64,000 nucleotides of DNA from Squalus acanthias. Its lineage: Eukaryota. The DNA is taken from positions 5,332,001 through 5,396,000 of the forward strand of contig CM059433.1 in assembly GCA_030390025.1 (NCBI GenBank), written 5' to 3'. Positions within the stretch are counted from its first letter, which is position 1. Every line of letters begins with the position of its first letter. This document shows, piece by piece, positions 1-12,197 of this stretch. The position numbers and the translations under genes were made by a program. Under the pieces are notes generated by a model, which saw only the letters and a program-made list of their open reading frames with translations, did not search any database and was not told the DNA's origin.

Positions 1-400
1 TGTTTTCTTTGGAACAGAGGAGGCTGAGGGGAGACTTAATTGAGGTGTATAAAATTATGAGGGGCCTAAATAGAGTGGATAGGAAGGACCTATTTCCCTT
101 AGCAGAGAGGTCAATAACCAGGGGGCATAGATTTAAAGTAAATGGTAGGAGGTTTAGAGGGGATTTGAGGGGAAATATTTTCACCCAGAGGGTGGTGGGG
201 GTCTGGAACTCACTGCCTGAAAGGGTGGTAGAGGCAGAGACCCTCATCACATTTAAGAAGTACTTGGATATGCACTTGAAGTGCTGTAACCTACAGGGCT
301 ACGGACCAAGAGCTGGAAAGTGGGATTAGGCTGGATAGCTCTTTGTCGGCCGGCACGGACACGATGGGCCGAATGGCCTCCTTCTGTGCTATGATATGAT
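1..400 (+). mobile_element. CR1 LINE 3' end (ORF2 C-terminus and 3' UTR)
   Basis: ORF 9-329 RRLRGDLIEVYKIM...FTQRVVGVWNSLP is typical CR1 ORF2 C-terminus; 3' UTR GGGCCGAATGGCCTCCTTCTGTGCT followed by short repeat tail. Confidence 0.9.
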
Positions 401-499
401 TCTACATGATTATTTACATGAATGCAAAGGAAATTCTTTCCCCCCTTATTTCCCACTGTGGCCCCGTAGTTTTCACTGAGCTTTTGTCGGGGTGGCACC

Positions 500-900
500 A
501 AAGTAAGGATATTTTTTCCAACTGCTGAATATTCAATGTTCCTTGCTGTCATAAGTGTCATGAGCTCGTGCTTTGTCCTCTAGGAGCCATCCATCCGGGC
601 AGAGAGGATTGCCTGGGTTATTTAAAGGAGAAAGCAGATGGAGGGAAACATGACTGCTGTCTGGAAAGTGGTTGTTCAGCCGCATTATCCTGGATTGCTG
701 GTTGCCCACCACCTGCTCATTGATGGAATGATGGAAGCCCCTGACGTTGGGTTAAAATTGACCCCTTTATCTTTAACTGCAAGTACATGTGGCAGATTCA
801 GGAGCAACTTGGCAGAGACTGACTGAAGATCATAATTTGCCTGCCCCTTATTAGATTAATGACAAGTCATATCAATGAGCAATAATGTTATTGGTAAATT
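500..900 (-). pseudogene. Degraded Harbinger (HARBI1-like) DDE transposase fragment
   Basis: Manual minus-strand translation gives GFHHSINEQVV..RIMRLNNHFPDSSH and GWLLEDKA..LMT, resembling [27 protein letters not shown]. Confidence 0.55.
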
Positions 901-989
901 CTATCAGCCATCTTATCAACCACAACAAGCAAGTAAAGCAAAAAAAAATGTTGTTCCTGTACAATTGCTAAAGTGTGAAAAGATAAACA

Positions 990-2688
990 TGTAAGGGATT
1001 CTGACCCTGCGTGTCTCGTGGCCTGTGAGATTCACGCGGCTCTGTGCAGCCTGTATGTCAGTGCGGGTCTAGGCCTTGCTGCCTGTTCTGGTCTCCAGCC
1101 AGTCTGGGAACACTAGACACACCTGTGAGTGGTTCGAATCACTCTCCCTTACGGTTCTAGACACTGGACTTAGATGCGAGAGCAGTAATGGAGATAAAAC
1201 TCATGTAGACTTGGTTTGAATGGTACGAAATGGAAAATCTTTATTGCATGTTACTTAAGATTATGAAATACATGTCATAAGCACAGATTAATGACAGTAC
1301 AATCTTACAAACAGTTATATAGTCGATCTTAGGGAAACGAGGAACGAACGGCACAAAATAAATAGGGGCACACATTACAAATATCCTTAATCCTTAAACC
1401 CTCCCCTATCAATATCTATCCTAAACTAGATTCGTAGGATTTCGAGACTCATGCTCACCACTCGTGATAACTCGGAGAAATTCCGAATAGCTGATCGGAT
1501 GTTTTTCACCGCAGCACCCACGTGTCGGTCAGGAGATCTCCTGGTCCCACTTGTTTACTTGCTTCTGCTGCTCCGGCTAGCAGGCTGGACCGTCTGCTGT
1601 GATGAAGACCTGTGTTGGTTGGTTTAACAGGTACTCTTCGAGCACAGTTGTCAATATCGTCGATACGATATGTTTTCACGTTCCAGTTACTTTGGGCACA
1701 GTCCAGTTATCATCGATGCAATATGTTTCGTTATAAGTTCGAAGAAGTCTTCCTGGCGAGGAAAACTTGGCTAATCGACCTACAGGCGCGGTCGGGATTT
1801 ACTGACCGTGGCGATGGATATGGTCTTCCTCTCTTCTCATCTCATCTCATCTTATCTCATCTCGGGCCCTCGGTTCCGCTGCCAGTTACCAACATAGGTC
1901 TTCGTTACGCGACACGAGGTAGATCCGAACGGATCAGAAAGTTCAACAGTCTTCTCAGAAGAGGCAACAGGCAAGCAGGAGCGAGCCCAACTACGAGTAC
2001 ACAGGAGCAGCCACGAGGTTACGAATCGACCGGATAAAAGCACAGGAGCAAGAGAGAGAATGGACGGTTTGGAGCCTGCAATTATAGTGCAAAATCTTCC
2101 GTTTTCCCGCCCAACTATAATGTCCATTCTTTTGTTTAGGGTTTGGCGCTCAAAATGTCTTGTATGGGTGATCTCCGTTCTTAATGGGTTTCGGGGCTAC
2201 TCGTAAATGTCTGAGTACCTGTTAATATTTCTCCCATTGTTAAATCGGTCGGTGTTCTCCCTGGAGGGGTTTGGGGCTTCCAAGTGCCCTGTATAACTAC
2301 CTGCTAACGGCTCTCTCATCGTAGAGTCGTTGGGATTTTACATATTAATGTCTTTTGGATGGGCCCTTGATTACTCGGTACAATGGCTTTCCTTTGTACC
2401 TGGGAGACCGATTTCAGTATCTATGTGTATACTGCAAACCCATAATGTCTCGTGTATTATCTTCACTGTGCTGAATCTTAATCGATCTTGCACAACTGTT
2501 TATTGGAACGCCATCCTGTCTGCCTGTTGAAAAGTCTAGAATGTTCTGTCACGAGGTGCGGTGGCCATTTTACAGGCTGCTTGTGTCCACTTTAAACCTG
2601 CCAGCATTCTACTGAAATAAAAGCTGTTTGAACGAAACTTTGTGTTTTCTCCTTATTAATGAAATCGCGATATATTGCGAATTCTACA
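990..2688 (-). mobile_element. Solo LTR, family A (1699 bp) of the env-bearing retroelement
   Basis: TGTAAGGG...TTCTACA termini; AACA TSD (986-989 / 2689-2692); reverse complement of the LTRs at 39725-41384 and 47516-49175. Confidence 0.96.
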
Positions 2689-3982
2689 AACATCAACAGA
2701 TCCTTCTGGACATCGGCTTTCTGTTTTTCTAATGGAGCTGCTAGCATCATAAAATCACTTTATGATGAATTAATTGAGGTATTTTATTGCTTTCACTGCG
2801 GTATAGCTGGATATTTATATTGTGGTTAACAGGTGCCAATCAGAAGACTTTCTTTCCACGGTGAGTTCCACGGTGGGTGAGAGGGATGACGTTTGGGGAG
2901 TCCACCAATCTCGCCGCTCTCTCCTCACTGTTACTGGCTGTATTGTCCTTAAACAAAAAATCCAATGGGTTCAAATTATCGTTGGTTACACTGACGTGCA
3001 GTGACACACAGTCCTCAGCATGCAACCCATGATGTGCGTGTTGACATGTGCATGGAGCAGGCAGTTGCATCTAATGTGCAAGCATGTAAGGATGTGGTGA
3101 AGGAACACTAACAGGTGAAGGCTGGGGTGTGCAACCAGCACCGTACTAACTCATTGGCATTGATGGCCAGGAATTCAAGCACTTGAACACGGTAAAGGGG
3201 GAGCTCATTGTCAGCAGCTGATACGCTAAGTGCAGTGAATTCAGTCCAGCGCATTTTTGAAAGGTGCAGCTCATTCCTCTCACCTCGGCAAACCTGGTCA
3301 TGAAACTTTTTGTAGCACTGAGTGCCAATACACGGAGTGTGAGGATTGGCATTCACTGCCCTGGCAATCTCTTTCCACTCTCCTTGAGCAGGTCTCCCTA
3401 CGGGTCTGCATTACTCCACCCCGACAGAGCCTCCCTCCTCTGTCTGATCTGTGCAGCAGTATTTCCAGCTACATCGGACAAGCGGGGGTCTCTGCGCTCA
3501 GCAGCTGAACCCACGGGCGTATCTTGCGGGGGGGGATGTCTGACCTTTTAAGTTGCTGCAGGCTTTAAATCCGACAGCAACACGCTATTTCTCACCCCCA
3601 CTGGGAGTTGTTTCTAATGCCTGCCATCTGCTCACAATATTTCAGTGAGGCCAATAATGGAGATTATGGTGGGATCAGTGCTGATGATGTTGGGCAGGGG
3701 CGAATTGTGCTCCACTCTGTTCCCAGTTGGGCTTGCACCTGATCAGAGAATGTGGGGCTTGAGCGTTGACAGGCTAGTCAGTGCGAAGTGCAGCACAGCC
3801 AGGCAGGATCCTGTCCAGAGCTGGCATCTACACACATGCATCTTTCAGCACGGCACAGTGGAGAGTAATCAGGAGCAAGAAGCTTGGCTGATTTCCCCGT
3901 CCCTGGCTCAGGAGCGCCCGTACTACTACCCTGCCTGAAAACTCAGCATGGATTAGGAATCAAACCTCCTCTAAGACCTTAT

Positions 3983-4810
3983 GGGGGAGAAATTCGGTTG
4001 GTTAGCGCCTCCCGGGGGCGCTAATGGGGCGCTAGGAACTTAGCGTCCGAGTGCGGCGATATTAGCGCCACTCACAAAATTGACCAGTCGTTTTGCGGCA
4101 GTGCTAAACACTACCACCATGATCTCCTGCGCCCGCAGATCGCGACGTCAGTTGAGCGTGCAGCGCCCCGGTAGCGTCCCAGACCGGATATTGAGTCGTG
4201 CCCCATGCCTTAGCGCCTGCCGCTAGGAACGACAGGTAGAGGGGAACGTTTGCAATTCGGGAAGGGGCTGAGGGAGCGCTATTTAAAGGAGGGCGCTTCC
4301 TGCCTTTTCTTGTCGGCAAAATTTTTGGTACACGCAGGTTGAGAGGGAGACAGACGTCTGGTGAGTTTTAACACTGTCCTAAGGAGTTTTGGTCCTCAGC
4401 ACCACTTTTGAGGTTCCTAAGCACCGAGCTCTTTCCCTGGGCCTTTCCATTAGTGCTTCCAACACAATTGCTTTTGAGGTCTCTCCAGGCCGAGATTCAA
4501 GGCTGCAATGAGCAGGGTGTGGCTGGCCAGCAAGATGGCCCCTCCCCTTTAAGAACTGGATGGCGCCAGTCTGTCTGGCCTCCATGGTAACGGACATCGC
4601 CTGAGCTTCGGTAGCGTTCTGAGGTAGTGCCTCGCTCCCCGACGTTAGCGCCTTAAGAGAGGTGTGTAGCGCCTGATTTAACGCTCAAATCACCTCCAGG
4701 GGCGATAGAGGCGAATTTTGCAATCGGAGGCGATAATTAGCGCCAGGCGCTAAACTTTGCTTCCGGCCGATATTAGCGCCCCAAAATGGGCGATACCCAA
4801 TTTTGTCTCC
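3983..4810. mobile_element. Non-autonomous Harbinger-like TIR element
   Basis: Imperfect TIRs GGGGGAGAAATT / AATTTTGTCTCC; repeated subterminal (T)AGCGCC/GGCGCTA motifs at both ends. Confidence 0.55.
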
Positions 4811-5304
4811 AAGCTTCAGTATCACACCAAATGCTGCATTTGCCCACTGGGCCATTTGGCTGCAGGACATGTTAGCCTTTGAAGTGCGCGAAGTCAAAAC
4901 CAATTTGTGTTTGTTTTTGCTATATGGACATATATAATTTTTTTTAAAATGCGAAACATGCCTGAGCTGAATGACATGGATTAAAGTTAATTGCTCTTTG
5001 CTTCACTGTTAAGCCTTTTTAAGAATGCTCCTTAATGTCTGGGTACTGTGTGTCTTTCTTTTTGATTCCCTTCAGGAACAGGTCTTTGATAATGAAAAAG
5101 GGCGGGAGTGAATTATATTCCATCGTAACTGTCGCCTGGGCTGGAGCCATGAGCCACATCAAATCCTCAACTCTGCCACTCATGAAAAGGAGAATGGCAT
5201 TCAGAGTACAAAACCCATGACATCAGTGGCTCAGAGATCTCCAGCATCATCTCTCACTGAGGAGCATCGCCCTTCCTGACACCTCCTGCCCCAGACCAGA
5301 ATTT

Positions 5305-8300
5305 ATGAGAACATAAGAACATAAGAAATAGGAGCAGGAGTCGGCCATTTGGCCCCTCGAGCCTGCTCCGCCATTCAATAAGATCATGGCTGATCTTCTA
5401 CCTCATCTCCACTTTCCTGAACTATCCCCATATCCCTTAATATCCAAAAATCTGTCGATCTCTGTCTTGAATATACTCAATGACTGAGCCTCCACAGCCC
5501 TCTGGGGTAGAGAATTCCAAAGATTCATCACCCTCTGAGTGAAGAAATTTCTCCTCTTCTCCGTCCTAAATGGCCGACCCCCTTATTCTGAGACTGTGAC
5601 CCCTGGTTCTAGACTGTCCCCAGCCAGGGGAAACATCCTCCCTGCATCTACCCTGTCAAGCCCTGTAAGAATTTTGTATGTTTCAATGAGATCACCTTTC
5701 ATTCTTCTAAACTCTAGAGAATACAGGCCTAGTCTACTCAATCTCTCCTCATACGACAATTCCCCCCATCCCAGGAATCAGTCTGGTGAACCTTCGTTGC
5801 ACTCCCTCTATGGCAAGCATATCCTTCCTTAGGTAAGGAGACCAAAACTGTACACAATACTCCAGGTGTGGTCTCACCAGGGCCTTATATAATTGCAGTA
5901 AGACATCTTTATTCTTATATTCAAATCATCTTGTAATAAAGGCCAACATAGCATTTGCTTTCCTAATTGCTTGCTGTACCTGCATGTTAACTTTCAGTGA
6001 TTCTTGTACAAGGACAACCAGGTCCCTCTGAACACCAACATTTCCCAATCTCTCACCATTTAAAAAATACTCTGCTTTTCTATTTTTCCTACCAAAGTGG
6101 ATAACTTCACATTTCTCCACATTATATTCCATTTGCCATGTCCTTGCCTACTCACTTAGCCTGTCTATATCCCCTTGAAGCTTCCTTGCATCCTCCTCAC
6201 AACTTACATTCCCACCCAGCTTTGTATCATCAGCAAACTTGGATATATTTCATTTGGTCCCCTCATCCAAATCATTGACGTAGATTGTGAATAGCTGAGG
6301 CCCAAGCACTGATCCTTGCGGTACCCCACTAGTTACAGCCTGCCATCCTGAAAATTACCCGTTTATTCCTACTCTCTGTTTTCTGTCCGTTAACCAATCC
6401 TCAATCCATGCTAGTATATTACCCCCAATCCCATGAGCCCTAATTTTGTTTAATAACCTCCTGTGTGGCACCTTATCGAATGCCTTCTGAAAATCCAAAT
6501 ACACCACATCCACTGGTTCCCCCTTATCTAGTCTGTTAGTTACAACTTCAAAAAACTCTAACAGATTTGTCAAACACGATTTTCCTTTCATAAATCCGCA
6601 TTGACTCTGTCCAATCCTATTATTATTTTCTAAGTGCCCTGTTACCACATCCTTAATAATAGATTGTAGCATTTTCTCTACTACTGATGTCAAGCTAACT
6701 GGGCTGTAGTTCCCCGTTTTCTCTCTCCCTCCTTTCTTAAACAGTGGGGTTACATCTGCTGCCTTCCAACCCGTGGGAACCTTTCCAGAATCTATGGAAT
6801 TTTGGAAAATGACAACCAATGCATCCACTATCTCTATAGCCACCTCTTTCAAAACCCTAGGATGTAGGCCATCAGGTCCAGGGGATTTATCGGCTTTCGG
6901 TCCCATTAATTTCTCCAGTACTATTTTTTTACGAATACTAATTTCTTTTAGTTCCTCATTCTCGCTAGACCCTTGGTTCTCCACTATTTCCGGGAAGTTT
7001 TTTGCGTCTTCTTCCGTGAAGACAGACACAAAGTATTTCTTTAATTTCTCTGCCATTTCCTTATTCCTGATTATAATTTCTCCTGTCTCAGCCTGTAAGG
7101 GATTTCTTGGTCCTCCTTTGCTGAATCCTAAAATCCTCCCAATCCTCAGGCTAACTATTCTTTTTGGCAACATTATAAGCCTCTTCCTTTGATCTAATAC
7201 TATCTTTAACTTTTCTTGTTAGCCACAGTTGGACCACTTTTCCTGTGGGGTTTTTGTACCTTAAAGGAATCTATATTTGTTGTAAATTATATATTAATTC
7301 TTTAAATGCTAGCCATTGCTTGTCTACCGTCATACCTTTTAATGTAGTTTCCCAATCTACCGTAGCCAACTCGTCCCTCATACCTACGTAGTTTGCTTTG
7401 TTTAGATTTAAGACCCTAGTTTTGGATTTAACTAAATCACTTTCAAACTCAATATAAAATTCTATCATATTATGGTCACTCTTCCCTAAGGGCCCCTTTA
7501 CTACAAGGTTATTAATTAACCCTTTCTCATTGCACAATACTAGATCTAAAATAGCCTGTTCCCTAGTTGGTTCCTCAACATACTGATCAAGAAAACTATC
7601 TTGTATACATTCCATGAATTCGTCCTCCACACTATTACTGCAAATTTGGTTTGCCCAAGTCTATATGTAGATTAAAGTCCCGCATGATCACAGTATTACC
7701 CTTGTTACATGCACCTCTAATTTCCTGATTTATGCTCTGCCCTACATTAGAACTACTGTTTGGGGGCCTATAAACAACTCCCACCAATGTTTTCTGCCCC
7801 TTGCTGTTTCTTAGCTCCACCCAAACTGATTCTACTTCTTGATTTTTGGAGCTAAGATCCTTTCTCTCTACTGTCTTTATCCCATCCTTTATTATCAGGG
7901 ATACCCCTCCTCTTTTTCCATTTTGCCTATCTCTTCTAAAAGTTAAGTATCCTGGAATATTTAGTTCCCAACCTTAGCCACTTTGCGACCACGTCTCCGT
8001 CATGGCTATTAGATCAAACCTGTTCATTTCTATCTGTGCTATTAATTCATCTATTTTGTTGCGAATGCTTCGCGCATTCAAATATAGTGCCTTTAGCTTT
8101 GACTTATTTCTATTTTTCCCTGATGTCACCTTAGTCACTGATGCCTTATTACCTTTGTTACTCTCTCTGTCCCTTCCTGACCTACTCTGCTTATTTTTAC
8201 CCAGAACTCTAATCTGCTCTAGAGCCTTGACATTTCTCTCGCTGCTTTTAAATTTACTTCTGGCTCAGGTAACAATCCAGAGATTATTACCTTTGAGGTT

Positions 8301-9050
8301 TTGCTTTTTAATTTGGATCCTAGCTCCTCAAACTTCCTCAGCAGAACCTCATTCCTAGTTGTACCTATGTCGTTGGTTCCTACGTGGACCACGACAACTG
8401 GATCCTCCACCTCCCACTCCAAGTTCTTCTCCAGCCGTGAGGAGATGTCTTTAAACCTGGCTCCGGGCAGGCAACACAACCTTCGGAACTCTCGGTCTCG
8501 GCTGCAGAGAACAGTATCTACCCCCCGTCTATACTGTCCCCTACCACAACTACATTCCCTTTCACTCCCCCCCACTTGAATGGCCTCCTGCACCATGGTG
8601 CCATGGCCAGCTTGCTCACCCATCCTGCAGGCTTTTCCCTCATCTACACAGGCAGCAAGAATCTCATACCTGTTGGACAAGGGCAAAGGCTGAGGCTCCT
8701 CCAGCACTGCACCTGGAGTCCCCTTACCTGCCTGAGTTGCAGTCACACCCTCCTGTCCCTGACCACTAACCAGACCTGTACCACTACCTAACCTAAGGGG
8801 TGTGACTGCCCTCCTGGATCAAAGTGTCCAGACACCTCTCCCCCTCCCTGATGCCCTGCGATGTCTGCACCTCAGACTCCAGCTCAAAAACTCTGAGCTG
8901 AAGTTCCTCAAGATGCAGGCACTTCCTGCAAACGTGGTTGTCCGGGATCACAATGCTCTCCACAAACTCCCACATGCTGCAGTTGCGGCACACCACCTGC
9001 ACTGCCATCCCTATATGACCTTGTTTTATTTAATTAAATTTGTAATTAGG
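5305..9050 (-). mobile_element. Near full-length decayed CR1 LINE (ORF1 esterase, APE endonuclease, RT)
   Basis: ORF1 pieces CRNC..CRKC (8793-9008) and SGNH-esterase-like VVVHVGTNDIG (8219-8746); endonuclease GVVYRPP..DFN, SDHN (7271-7820); RT PGPDG..YLDFQKAFDKVPH (6355-7173); (TTCTTATG)n tail; frameshifts and an internal deletion near 7100. Confidence 0.93.
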
Positions 9051-10002
9051 TAACTTAGTTTACAGTTTCGTTTCTTCACTACTTACTTGATCTAGATTAA
9101 GTTATAGGTTACGAAATTAAATATCTACCTATAACACAAAGCACTACAAGTAGTGTAGGCAAAAAGCAACAACTCCTTCCCCTCTTCTCCAAATTCCCAC
9201 TCTTTCCAAATTCCCAAGTGAAACACTCTGTTCAAGTCCACTCTGTTTAATCCCGCTCTGTGCAGACCGCGGGGGGGCTGAACCATGGCTGGAATCCGCG
9301 ATGGCATTCCTGGAATTACATATCACTGATATGCTTATTTAGCGGAAGCTTTCCTGTTCTGGAAGTTGAACGCACAGATGGATATGGGTACTGTTAAAAG
9401 CACTGGGCAAGACTGCAATGTCAGAGAAGCCTGTTTGGCTCTCCCATGTTACTGAGGGGTAAGGGATATGGGCTTGGAGCAAAGTAGCAGTAACTTGAGA
9501 AACCAATTTAGACATCACTGACTATTGGTTGTCTACAATTGCTCCACCCTTCATCAGTAAAGTGTGCAGGTATAAAGGTCAGGGCAACGGTCACCTTCAC
9601 TAGTCGATGGCAGGATGTAATTTGTGGGAGCATCGCAGTCCATTTATAACACTTCCCATAAGTCAAACAGCACCTGTTTGGAAAATGTCTAAACACTATG
9701 AAGGCAAAGGGAATTTACATTTGAAGACTTATCACAGAGGACATTGATTATCAAAATGATTGAACTGAATAGTTCTTTAACAGTATAGCTTGCAACAAGA
9801 AAAGAACTATTTCATAATGATACCCTACAGATTTTACAAGCTCACGTTTCCATATGAAGTAAATGCAAATGTGATTTGAGAGATATTAAGTTGAAATTCA
9901 AGTGGGTCAGAGAGGCCTTCAGACCTGGAAAACGAGCTCTATTCAATAAATCACTAACTAAATTAAAAACAACAGGGTAAGGCCAGTCACAGTAGGAAGA
10001 GA

Positions 10003-10491
10003 GTCACAGTGGGGGAGGGTCTCAGTGGGGGAGGGTCACAGTGGGGGAGGGTCACAGTGGGGGAGGGTCACAGTGGGGGAGCAGTGGGGGAGGGGCTCAG
10101 TGGGGGAGGGTCTCAGTGGGGGAGCAGTGGGGGAGGGGCTCAGTGGGGGAGCAGTGGGAGAGGGCTCAGTGGGGGAGCAGTGGGGGAGGGGCTCAGTGGG
10201 GGAGGGTCACAGTGGGGGAGGGTCACAGTGGGGGAGGGTCACAGTGGGGGAGGGTCACAGTGGGGGAGCAGTGGGGGAGGGGCTCAGTGGGGGAGGGTCT
10301 CAGTGGGGGAGCAGTGGGGGAGGGGCTCAGTGGGGGAGCAGTGGGAGGAGGGTCACAGTGGGGGAGGGTCTCAGTGGGGGAGGGTCTCAGTGGGGGAGCA
10401 GTGGGGGAGGGTCACAGTGGGGGAGGGTCACAGTGGGGGAGGGTCACAGTGGGGGAGGGTCACAGTGGGGGAGGGTCTCAGTGGGGGAGGG
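10003..10491 (+). repeat. G-rich minisatellite, left part (16-bp and 11-bp units)
   Basis: Units CAGTGGGGGAGGGTCA/CT and CAGTGGGGGAG read directly. Confidence 0.97.
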
Positions 10492-12197
10492 TGTAGAATT
10501 CGCAATATATCGCGATTTTATAAATAAGGAGAAAACACATAGTTTCGTTCAAACAGCTTTATTTCAGCAGAATGCTGTCAGATTTTCAAAGTGGACACAA
10601 GCAGCCTGTAAAATGGCCACCACGCCTCATGGCAGAACATTCTAGACTTTTCGATAAGCAGACAAGATGGCGTTCCAATAAACATTTGTGCGAGATCGAT
10701 CAAGACTCAGCACATTTGAGATAATACACAAGACATTATGGGTTTGCAGTATACACATAAATACTGAAATCGGTCTCCCAGGTGCGAATAAGGGCTATTG
10801 TACCAAGCAATCAAGAACCCATCCAAAGACATTAATATGCAAAAATCCCCACGACTCTACGATGAGAGAGCCGTTTGCGGGTAGTTACAGAAAACATTTG
10901 GAAGCCCCAAAACCCCTCCAGGGAGAATACCGACCGGTTACACATTGGGAAAAGTATTAACAGGTACTCAGACAGTTACGAGTATCCCCGAAACCCATTA
11001 AAACGGAGATCACCCTATACAAGAAATTTGAGCGCCAAACCCTAACAAAAGAAAAGACATTAAGGTTGGGCGGGAAAAAGAAGAGTTTTGCACTATAACT
11101 GCAAGCTCCAACCGTCCATCTTTCTCTTATCCTGCTGGCTCTTATCCTCGTGGCTGCTCTTGTGCTCTTATCCTGTCGACTCCTTGCCGCTTGCCTCGTG
11201 TCTCTGCCTCTTGCAGCTTGAAAGACTGTTGAACTTTACGATCCGCCAGGATCTGCCTTGTGGCTTGCCGCGAAGATCTGTGTGGAACCGGGCTGTGAAG
11301 CCTTGAAACGGGCACACCATCCCGAGAAGTCGGTAAACGGTGTTGGAACCGAAGGCCCGAGATGAGATGAGATGAGATGAGATGAGAAGAGAAGAAGACC
11401 ATACGTATCGCCACGGTCAGTAAGCTCCGACCGCGCCTGTAGGTCGAATAGACACTTTCCTTGCCCAGGAAGACCTTCTTTGAGTTTTACAGAACTGGCA
11501 TCGGAAGACTCTTCTTTGAGTTTTATCGAACCGGTGTGAGGGCACAGGAAGACTCTTTTTCGAGTCGTGTCGGAACTCCGAGGACAACACAGATCTTCAT
11601 GACAGCAGACGGTCCAGCCTGCTAGCCGGAGCAGAAACGAGTAAACAAGTGGGGTACAGAGACCCCTGATCAACACGTGGGTGATCAGGTGCTGCGGTGA
11701 AAAACATCCGATCAGAGTTTTCGGAATTCTCCGAGTTATCACGAGTGGTGAGCATGAGTCTCGATCCTACAAGTCTAGTTTAGAGCAGGTATTGATAGGG
11801 GAGGGTTTAAGTTGTTAAGGATAATTGTAATGTGTGCCCCCATTTACGATGTGTCGTTCGTTCCTCGTTTCCCTGAAATTAGTTACATAACTGCGTGTAA
11901 GATTGTACTGTCATTAATCTGTGCTTATGACATGTATTTTGTAATCTTGAATAATATGCAATAAAGATTTTCCATTTCGTACCATTCAACCGGGTCTACC
12001 TGAGTTTTCTCTCCATTACTGCTCTCGCATCTAAGTCCAGTGTCAGAACCGTAAGGGCAAGTGGGTCGAACCACTCACAGGTGTCTAGTGCTCCCAGACT
12101 GGCTGGAGACCAGAACAGGCAACAAGGCCTAAACTCGCACTGACATTCAGGCTGCACAGAGCCACACGAATCTCACAGGTTCAGAGAAACCCTTACA
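10492..12197 (+). mobile_element. Solo LTR, diverged subfamily (1706 bp), inserted in the minisatellite
   Basis: TGTAGAATTCGC...CCCTTACA termini; AGGG TSD (10488-10491 / 12198-12201); homologous to family A LTR but with a diverged central region. Confidence 0.96.

Noticed and set aside
5076..5300. Possible host exon after a polypyrimidine-AG
   Set aside because: No recognisable protein in any frame and no partner exons found
7094..7104. TGTAAGGGATT matching the LTR terminus inside the CR1
   Set aside because: Only 11 bp, at an internal CR1 deletion junction; no further LTR homology
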